A DNA stretch of 64,000 nucleotides, taken from the IMG/VR virus record IMGVR_UViG_3300044844_001004. The stretch is one strand, 5' to 3'. The stretch comes from a virus. The translations under genes were made by a program, and so were the position numbers. The notes under the pieces are model-generated. The model was not told where the DNA came from. It saw nothing but the letters and a program-made list of their open reading frames with translations, and made no database searches. Positions 25,855 through 35,000 of this stretch are shown piece by piece (the stretch's first letter is position 1; every line of letters begins with the position of its first letter).

Positions 25855-27507
25855 ATGGGAACTCAGATGGCTATGCCGCGTCCTAGCAAATACCAGCGCA
25901 GGCCAGCTCCTCTACCGATGGAGTGGGAGGGTGAGGCCTACAATAAAGACGGATCTCCGCCGATGAGCAATCGCCTTGGCGAAGGAACGCCGGTTGGTGG
26001 CGACCCGTACAACGGAAGCGATGCTGGAGACGGCCAGTACAATCCAGGAAGTTACCCCGGCGGCGCCCCCGGCTACGATCGCTATAGCGGCGACAACGTC
26101 GGCGACATGATTACGAACGACCGGAACTTCGCCTACGGTCGCGGTGACGAGTTATTCCAGAACGCCAAGGACAACACCGCCAACAACGAGCGCATCAAGG
26201 AAAACTACCGCTCCTACGGCGACGAGGTCTACGACCCGCTCATTGGCGGCCGTGGCGGGTACAATCCCGACGAGGCCAGCCGGATCGACCGATCTGGTGA
26301 GTTCGACCAGTTCACGGCGAACGACGCCGATTACGAAGGCAACTTCCTGACTGGCGACGAGACGAACCAGATCATGGGCAACCCGTGGGAGCGAGCCGCC
26401 TACTTTAATCCGGAAGCCGCCGAAGGTCAACAAAACGAATCCTCTGCGCGCCAGCGCGGTGCCGTCGACGACATGGAACGCGGGATGTACGAGAGCCTGG
26501 ACGGCCAGCTCGGCCTTTCCGACGAATACTCGCAAGGCGTCGACCGGACTCTTTCCGGAACCGCTGATCGAGCTCGCGGCTCGTACGACCCAGCCTCGCT
26601 CCGCGCCGACAAGACCTCCCTCGACCGGATCAAGATGACTCCGGAAGAGGAGGCGATGATCGTCACGAAGGCGGGAATCGATGGTGGCGCGAAATACCGC
26701 TCCGCCGCCGGTGAACTGGACCGCCGGAACCGCGCCGCTGGCGGTGATCCAATCGCCGGTGCCGCAATGCGTGGCCGGTATCTGCGAGACGCCGCCGGTG
26801 ACGCCGCTGACGCTATGACCGGGGCCCGCGTGGCCGCTTCGAACGCCCGCGCCAGTCGCGAGGGGACAGCCGAAACTCTCCGCATGGGCGGCGAGCGCAC
26901 GGCGGCCGACATCGGGACCGGCGTTGAGTTGTCTCTCGGGAACCAGGCGCTCCAGGCGAACACGACGAAGGAAGGCCTGCGGCTGGGCTCGCAGCGCGAC
27001 ATCGCCAACCGCCGCATGGATATCGCCACCACCGGCGGGAAAACTCGCCTCGGCGCCGAACAGGACATCAACGCCCAGCAGCGGCAAGTCGGGCAGTTCA
27101 ACACGACGACCGGGACCGGCATCGCCACCGGGATCGAGCGGGACACGTCCGATCGCGCCGCATCGGTCGCCGGAAATCGGCAGGCCACCCGCCGAGGAAA
27201 CCAGACGCAGCGCTTCAGCCAGGGAGCCACCAGAACTGGAGCCTCGTCCGATATGGCCCAGACGGTCGCAAACGCTCGCCGGGACGACGCGAAGGAAGGC
27301 CGCGGCTACATCCGCGAGCAGCAGACGCAGGCGAACGCCAACTCGCAAGCCGGGATGAACCGCCAGGCGAACATCTACGCGACTCAGGGTCAACTCGGCC
27401 AGGGAGCGACGAACACGGCGCTTCGCAGGGATCAGGCGCCGAAGTGGTGGGAGAAAGTGATGGCCGCCGGGGCGCAGGCCGCCGGCGCAGCAGCGGGGGC
27501 GTCGTAA
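25855..27507 (+). CDS. internal-virion/ejection-like hypothetical protein (550 aa)
   Basis: Track ORF that starts immediately after the previous stop. It is G/D/R/A-rich. Confidence 0.6.
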   Translation: MGTQMAMPRPSKYQRRPAPLPMEWEGEAYNKDGSPPMSNRLGEGTPVGGDPYNGSDAGDGQYNPGSYPGGAPGYDRYSGDNVGDMITNDRNFAYGRGDELFQNAKDNTANNERIKENYRSYGDEVYDPLIGGRGGYNPDEASRIDRSGEFDQFTANDADYEGNFLTGDETNQIMGNPWERAAYFNPEAAEGQQNESSARQRGAVDDMERGMYESLDGQLGLSDEYSQGVDRTLSGTADRARGSYDPASLRADKTSLDRIKMTPEEEAMIVTKAGIDGGAKYRSAAGELDRRNRAAGGDPIAGAAMRGRYLRDAAGDAADAMTGARVAASNARASREGTAETLRMGGERTAADIGTGVELSLGNQALQANTTKEGLRLGSQRDIANRRMDIATTGGKTRLGAEQDINAQQRQVGQFNTTTGTGIATGIERDTSDRAASVAGNRQATRRGNQTQRFSQGATRTGASSDMAQTVANARRDDAKEGRGYIREQQTQANANSQAGMNRQANIYATQGQLGQGATNTALRRDQAPKWWEKVMAAGAQAAGAAAGAS

Positions 27508-27731
27508 TGGACTGGGCAAAAGTAGGTAAAGTCGCTGGTGCAGCCGCGCAGGGATACACTCGCGGCGGAGGTGCCGGTGCTGCTATCGGCGTCTTCGGCA
27601 GTCTCATGGACAAGCGGAAAAAGAAAAAGAAGGCCAGTGAACTTTCGACGGAAGCGTCTGACATGGGCGACTCCCCTGCCGACGAAAACCAGATCAAGAT
27701 GTGGGGAGAGGACGAAGAGGGGGACTGGTAA
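27507..27731 (+). CDS. hypothetical small protein with a Gly/Ala-rich helix, a K-run and an acidic tail (74 aa)
   Basis: TAATG overlap with the previous gene. Sequence: MDWAKVGKVAGAAAQGY...KRKKKKKASELS...EDEEGDW. Confidence 0.5.
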   Translation: MDWAKVGKVAGAAAQGYTRGGGAGAAIGVFGSLMDKRKKKKKASELSTEASDMGDSPADENQIKMWGEDEEGDW

Positions 27732-29035
27732 TGCCGACGATTCTCGATAGGATCCACTCACGCACTCGGCCGCAACCGTACCGCTCGGACGGCCAGCCGG
27801 AAGCCGACTTCGAGCTCTGGGAGAACGGCGACGACATCCCTGTCCCGAAGGTCAGCATGGATGCCAACGACGGTTTGGATGATGACGAATCCGGTCCAGG
27901 CAGTCAGACCGACGACTATGGCAACATGCCGAACGCGAATCCAACGTCATACGACCGGTACCGTGGCGCCATCGAGAAGAAGGCGGCTTGGGAGCAAACG
28001 CGCCCGGGTATCTCCGACCACAAGCCGAAGGGTTGGCAGCGAGCGCTGGCCGGTGCCGCAAACTTCGGCGCCGGGTACGTCAACGCCGGCGGCCGAGTGC
28101 GCGTGGACCCAAAAGCCATGGAGTCGATCAACTCATCGTTATTGCGACCGGGCTATCAACGCGATATGGAGAAGTGGAGCGATCAGGCTGGAAGGATCAA
28201 TGCCGAGGTCGACGCCACAGGGCGCGAGATGCAGATGGACAACCAGCAGACCCGGGCGCGGCTGGATGCAGAGCGGGCGACGGCCTACAATGCAAACCAG
28301 AACGCGCAGGCGTCGCGGGCTCGGCGGCAAGAGCAGGAGATCGGCCGGCGGAAGTGGATGTCTAGCGACGGACTCAACGCTTGGCGAGAAAACGAAGACG
28401 GAACCGGCATTGAAAAGCGGGAGATCCGCCCGCCGTCACCTGGCCGCCCGGTGCCGGAAACGAAGGCTGAAGAGAAGGCCCGCTTATTGAAAGAGTCGCG
28501 AGAGGTCATGGGCCACAAGGACGGCTCTGACGAACAGAAGGCGTATCTCGGAGACTTCGCCGCGAAAGAACGCTTGAAGGCCGCAAATCGACCAGCGCGT
28601 GGTGGCGGCCGTGGCCGCGCAGAACCTCGTCGCATCGGCACGCCAGGAGAGTTCAATGGTGTCCGGAAGGACAAAGTCAGCGCGCTGCAGAAGTTGGAAG
28701 CCGACCTTTCGAAGCAGTTGGAAGAACTGAACACCACCTACCCAGGCGACGGAGATGATCCGACGACTAAGAATCTCCGCGTGGAGTGGCAAAAGAAGCA
28801 CGACAAAGAGGTTGCCGACCACGAGGCGAAAAAGAAGATGGTCATGGCCGAGTACGACGCCGGAGTCACCGGGCTCGGCGGATCAGTGGTGCCACGGCAA
28901 GCCACCGCCGCCCCGCCGCCATCGGCTCCGGCTGGTGGTGGGGAGGTAAGAGTGATGCTCCCAAATGGCAAAGAGGCCATTCTTCCGAATGAGCAGGCAG
29001 CAAAAGCGTATAAGTTGAAGTACGGACTTAAATAA
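27731..29035 (+). CDS. charged coiled-coil hypothetical protein (434 aa)
   Basis: TAATG overlap (internal ATG of track ORF 27701..29035). It is K/E/R/Q-rich. Confidence 0.6.
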   Translation: MPTILDRIHSRTRPQPYRSDGQPEADFELWENGDDIPVPKVSMDANDGLDDDESGPGSQTDDYGNMPNANPTSYDRYRGAIEKKAAWEQTRPGISDHKPKGWQRALAGAANFGAGYVNAGGRVRVDPKAMESINSSLLRPGYQRDMEKWSDQAGRINAEVDATGREMQMDNQQTRARLDAERATAYNANQNAQASRARRQEQEIGRRKWMSSDGLNAWRENEDGTGIEKREIRPPSPGRPVPETKAEEKARLLKESREVMGHKDGSDEQKAYLGDFAAKERLKAANRPARGGGRGRAEPRRIGTPGEFNGVRKDKVSALQKLEADLSKQLEELNTTYPGDGDDPTTKNLRVEWQKKHDKEVADHEAKKKMVMAEYDAGVTGLGGSVVPRQATAAPPPSAPAGGGEVRVMLPNGKEAILPNEQAAKAYKLKYGLK

Positions 29036-32000
29036 TGGCCGATCAGAAAATCGACTACGAGGCTGGCCTGAAGGAGTTTGGAGGCGTCCTCGCTCCGGAC
29101 TACGAAACAGGGTTGAAAGAGTTCGGCGGAACCATCGCCCCCTCGCGTCCCCTCGCATCCTCGCATAGCGAGGAGCCAATTCCCCTCGCTACGAGGGGCG
29201 CAGAATCCTCGCCTCCTCGCCTTGCTCCTCGCGTCCAAGATGTGTTCGGCCCAGAGCAATCCTGGATCCGCGAGCAGGCCGCCAGCAAGCCGCCAGCATT
29301 CAACTCTCCCGTCAAGGATCCATCTCCAGTTGTCCAAGACCGCCCAGGACCGGAATCGGTGCGCCCGATGGCCCCCACCTCTATCCCTCCTACGGTGGAG
29401 ACAACTCCAGTCGGTCGCGCCAATGCTCCTGTTCCCGGCCGAATCCCGGGGATGGAGCGATTGGGCGGCGCGGCACCTGGTGTGCCGCCGGTATCCGCGC
29501 AGATCAACGAAACCAACGCCCCTTCGCTTTCCGGTGATGTCGGTGGAGGATTTGTCCGCGGTGTGGCGTCTGGCGCCTTTGCAATCCCGCGCGCTCTCAG
29601 TCGCGTACCCAGCGGGTTCCGTGACGACATTAACTCCCTTCGCAGGACGCGGGAAGACATCGAGCCGAACCGCTTTGGACTCCGCACTCCAGAGCAGGTG
29701 GCCGAAGATGACGCCCGCCTGCGGCAGATTTCCAACAGCGATATCAACCGGTTTGAGCAGGCCGCGCTCCCCGCCGCCCCCGTGACAGGCGCTGGTAAGT
29801 TCACAGAAGCGCTCGGCTCGACGGCGCCGTACATGGCCGCCGGCGTTGCTGGCCCGGCTGGCCCGGCGGCACTTGGCATTCTCGCCGGTACCGAGGAGTC
29901 TCTTGGCCGTTCTGATGCCAGCGGGATCCCGTTGAGTGACGCCCAGCGGCTTGGCGTGGGTGCGGCCGGCGCCGCCATCGGATCCACGGAGGCCTTGCCG
30001 TTCGGCCGGCTGCTTGGACGACTCAAAGGTGCCGGCGTGATTGCCGACGCGGTCGACGAGACGCAGTTGGTGAAGCAGTTGTTCCCGGGGCTCAAGGACT
30101 ACGCGGTATCCGCCGGCAAGCAGGCGATAGAGGAAGGTGTCCAGGAAGGAACCTCCAACATCCTGCAGGATGTCACCGAGGCGTCGTACGGTGGCCGTCC
30201 CGTCAACCGCATCGGCGAAGGACTTGGCGAGTCAGTTACGACCGGCGGCGGTGTCGGGGCGCTCGTCGACGTGCTGACCACGCTCGCAGGTTCCCGCGCT
30301 GGCCGCGCCCGCCTTTCGCAGAACGGCGTTGACCCGGCCGCTTTGATGGCGTGGGTGCAATCGCAGGAAGTCTCCCCGTCGATGACGGCCGAGTTCGACG
30401 CGCTCGCCCGTGAGAACCGCGCCCCCAACCCTCCCCAAGCGGCGCCCATGGCCGCTCCCACCCCAAATCCAGCCGAGTCCCCCGCTTCGCCCCCACCCCA
30501 GCAGGCGGAGGTGGCCGCCCAGGTTCCTCCGCCCCCGCCCGGCTTCACGGTCGACCCCACTCCGGACGCGCTCGACCAGTTGGCGCAGGAGTTGAAGGCA
30601 AGGCAGCAGGGCGAAAATGCGGGAAATGCCACAAATAGCCTGAAAACGCCTGAAAACGCCTTAAATCCGCCCGCAAATGCCCCGGATGCGGGGATTGCGG
30701 GTATTGTTGCAAACAATGGAGTTAGCGGATTTAATCCCGCAAACACCCCCGCAAATCCCGCAACATCCCCCCGCACTATGGAAAACGCGGGGGGTGCGGG
30801 AATCTCCAGTAACTTCTCAAATAATCCTGCCCAGCCAGTTCCCGCACCGGGGCCGAGAGAGGAGGTGGTCCAGCCGGTACCCGTCGACGCTGCGGCCCCG
30901 GTGGCGGCAAGGATCAATGAGCCAGACTGGAAGCCTGTCGCGGCGAAGTGGTATGGCGACGCCTCTGGCGCCGTCGACTACGTGTGGAAGATCGGCGAGG
31001 ACCGGTCGTACGAGATGGTTCCGTTCGGGAACGAGGATCAGGCGCGCCTCATCCGCAAGTGGGACGGCGAGGATCAAGACCTTGGAGTGGTTGACAGCCT
31101 GGAAGAAGCCAGCCGAGTCGCAAAACAAGATGCCTCGGAAATGTTTGCGTACGACAATCCAGCACAGGAGTCCGATGCCCCGATTCCACCCGAAGCTCCT
31201 CCGCCGCCCAGTGCCGTGGAGGCTGCGGCGCCTGAAGCGCAACCACCAGCCGCGCCGAAAGAACCTCCGGCGGGAGTAGCAGCGTCGGTCAAGCGCTACC
31301 TCGACACGATCGCCGACGTCAACCGGCAGTTGGCCGAAGCACGCACCGTCGACGACAAGTTCGGCGGCGAAGGCCGTTACGAGAACGAAGTGTGGGACCG
31401 CCTGATGGGCGAAGGCGGAGCTATCACCGCCGAAGCGAGCAAGAAGCTGCAGGTGTTCCGCGACCTCGCCGTTAAGAACGGTGTCGACGCCGAGGCCTTC
31501 ATCGAAAAGATGGGCGGTATGCCGGAGTCGCCGGCGCTGAGTGATCGCGCGAAGAAGTACCGCGGTGAGTCTGTTCCGCCGGCTCTGGAGTCGCCTGGCG
31601 AGCGCAGTGAGGCGGAGAAGGTAGTAGACGAGATTGTAGGCGACAGCGGCGGGACCGTGGCGAGCGTCGACGGATTGATTGACTCGTACTTCAGCGACCC
31701 TCGCAAGGCAGTGCTGGATGAGATCAAGAAGCGGCTGACGGACCTGCAATACAACCAGGTCGCGTTCGACGAACTGACGAACGAGCAGCAAACCGCCATC
31801 AGCTTTATCATGGCGAACAAGGTGACCGACGACGCGGACCTGCCGACCGTCAAGATCCGCCGCGCCGGCCAGCCTTTCTCCACCCCGACCGTCCCGATTG
31901 AGGATCGCGGCGATGCCTACATGGATCGGATGTTTGCCATCAAGCGCAGAATCCGCAAGGGAGAGGTGCCTTCGAACAAGGACATGGCCATCCTTTCCGA

Positions 32001-35000
32001 CGCCGACCGCGCCTACATGGTGAAGTTCGGCGAGGCGGAGGGAGTTGTCATTCCGCCCCGGGCGGCCAAAGGGAAGAAGTCGGCCGCCGTGGAGGAGCCA
32101 GTGGCACCGCCGGCGCCCGTCGAGCAACCCAAAGACTTCCAGTGGAACGGCCCGGTGCCGAACTTCGAGAACTTCAAGGGGCGGGAGCCTAATCCTGCAC
32201 CCAGCGCGCCGCCCCCGGCAGACTCGAAGGTTGTGTACGGGAAGAAGTCCGGAACCGCCAAATTATCCCGTGGATACTCGGTACCGTTCACTTGGGGTGT
32301 TGTCCCGGCTGAATCGCTCATCCTCTCCAATGAAGACAATGGCGATATCAATAATCGGTTTCCGAAAGACCTGCAGCCACGGCAGCGCGACCGCGCCGCG
32401 TCAGAGATGCAGATTCAAGGCATCGCCGACAAGCTCGACCCTGAACAGGTGGCAGAGAGCTATGTTGCCGGTGACGGCGCCCCATTCATTTTTGACGACA
32501 TGGCCGTCGAGAGCGGCAACGGCCGCGGGCTCGCTATTCGCCGCGCCTACCGCCGGAAGATGGCCCAGGCAGAGGCATATCGCAACTGGCTGGAGAACAA
32601 CGCGGAACGGTTCGGGCTGTCAACCGCCGACGTCATGGCGATCGAGAATCCAGTTCTTGTCCGCGTCCGAACCGGCCTCCCGGAAGGTGTCTCCCGCCAG
32701 GACTTCGCCCGGGACGCCAACGAAGACACGAAGGCGCAGATGGCCGAAGGCGAGCAGGCGATGGTCGACGCGAAGTCGATGTCGGATGAACTCGTCTCGA
32801 TGTTCATGCCGAACGAAACCGGCGAGATTGCCACGCGCGCCAACTTCCCGTTCATCCTGCGATTCATTGAGCAGGTGGTTCCGGAGGGGCAGCGCGGCGC
32901 AATGCAATTGCCAGACAAGTCGATTTCGAAGAAGGGAATTGACCGGATCCGCAACGCTGTCTTCGCCCGCGCCTACAATGACCGCGGTATCGTCGAGCGG
33001 CTGGCCGAAGATCCGGACGACAACATCAAGTCGGTCGTTGGCGGGCTCACGATCGCGGCGCCGAAAATCATCTGGATGCGCAGTGGCATTGAGGCCGGCG
33101 ACTTCCACGATCTCGATATCTCCCCGGAGATTGCCGCCGCCGCCGCGCGCCTGTCGTACCTGCGAGAGAACCGGATTCCGCTGTCCGACTACCTGAACCA
33201 GATGACGTTGGAGCCGCGCGATCCGATCGAGGACGCGCTGTTGACGATGTTCAATGGGTACGGGCGGTCCAGCGCGAATGTCGCCGAAGTCCTTGGTGAG
33301 TACGTGGACGCAGTGCAGGCGCTCGGCAATCCAAAACAGGAGTCAATGTTCGGCGAGTCGACCATCCCGACCAAGCTGGAGTTGCTGGGTGCTATCGTTG
33401 AGGAGAAGAGGGCGCGAGATGAAGCCGCAAAGCGAGAAAAGCAGCAGCGTAAAGCAGGCCGAGAAGCCGACCAGGCCGGCGGATTGGATGCAGAAGGTGA
33501 GCCCGGCGGGACTGGAGCGGGCGAAGGCAGTCCTGGCCCGCGTCCGCGAGCAAAAGGCGAAGGCGAATCCGAAGTAGTCGGCTACGCCCCGGGAGGCACG
33601 CTCGGCGCCAAGCCGCCCAGCAACGGCAGCCGCGGCAAGAAAGCCACGCCGCCACCCGCCGGCCCCCGCACCGGAACCGCCGTCTCCCGCTCGGAGATCG
33701 TCAAGAACCTCTCGTCGTTCCTGAACAACATCCCGATCCGCACCGGTGGATTCCGCGAGCGCGCCGCCGGCATCTTCAAGGTTCGGCAGAACGTCATCCG
33801 CACCGCGAAGGCGCTGGACCTGGAAACCATCTCTCATGAGATCGGCCATGCCATCCACAAATACCTGTGGGGAACTCGCAAGGGAAGCCTCGTGGCTCTC
33901 AATCTGGCACCGCTGCGGCCGTTCCGCAACGAACTCGGCTTGCTCGACTACGACCAGAACAAGAAACGCGCCTACGAGGGGTTCGCGGAGTACATCCGCC
34001 TGCGCATCACGAAGCCTGCAGAGGCAAAGCAGCGGGCGCCGAAGTTCCACGCTTGGTTCAACCAGAAGCTCGGCGAGGCGCCGGAACTGGCTGACGTGCT
34101 GAAGAAGGCGCAGGATCAATACCTGAGCTGGGATATCCAGCCGTCGACGGTGAAGCTCGCAAAAAGCATCGACACGAAGCCAAACCACGAGACGTTCATG
34201 AAGCGCGTGACGGACGGGCTCACTGACTTCCGCTACAACTGGATCGACGACAAGACCGGCCTGCGGGACGCCGTCGAACTGTTCCAGAAGCTCGGCGCGA
34301 CCGTCGCGGACACCGCCAACGCCTACCGGCTGGCCCGCACCCTGAGCGGCACGTTTACCCGCGCCAATTTCGCCATCACCAACAAGACCGTGGGGGCCGA
34401 CAACGCCCCGAACGGCGCCGGCCTGGGAGAGATCCTGAAGCCGATCGCCGATCGCGATGTCTCCGAACGGAATCCGGCCTTCCAAAAGCTCGTGGATGAC
34501 TGGGGGATCCGGTTGTCCGATGACGGCGACGGCGACGGCATGGATGACTTCCGCGTCTACATCGTGGCCCGCCGGCTCCTCGACTACCGCGACAAAGGGC
34601 TGGAAACCGGCTTCACGCTGCGGGAATTGAAACGGGCGGTAGCCGATACTGAGACGCCAGCGTTGAAAGCAGCGGCAGATGAACTGCACGAATATTCCGG
34701 CCGGATCCTGGACTACGCCTACGAGAAAGGCGCCATGTCGGAAGCCACGCGCGAGGCCATCCGGAGCAAGAATGAATTCTACGTCCCACTGCACCGCGTC
34801 ATGGACAACGTATCCGAGGAGGACGCGAAGGCGATGCTCGGGCGCAAGATGCTCGACCTCAACTCGCCGATCCTGAAGCGCAAAGGAAGTACCCGGGAGA
34901 TCATCGACCCGCTCGAAAGCGTCATCAAGAACACCTACGCCATCATGTCGTTTGCCGACCGCAATGCCGTCGCGCAGGCGCTCGTGAAGCAGGCGGAGCG

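Noticed and set aside
26152-27519. A 455-aa minus-strand ORF opposite gene 25855..27507.
   Set aside because: This is the same shadow-ORF pattern, and the plus-strand gene fits the operon and its coupling.
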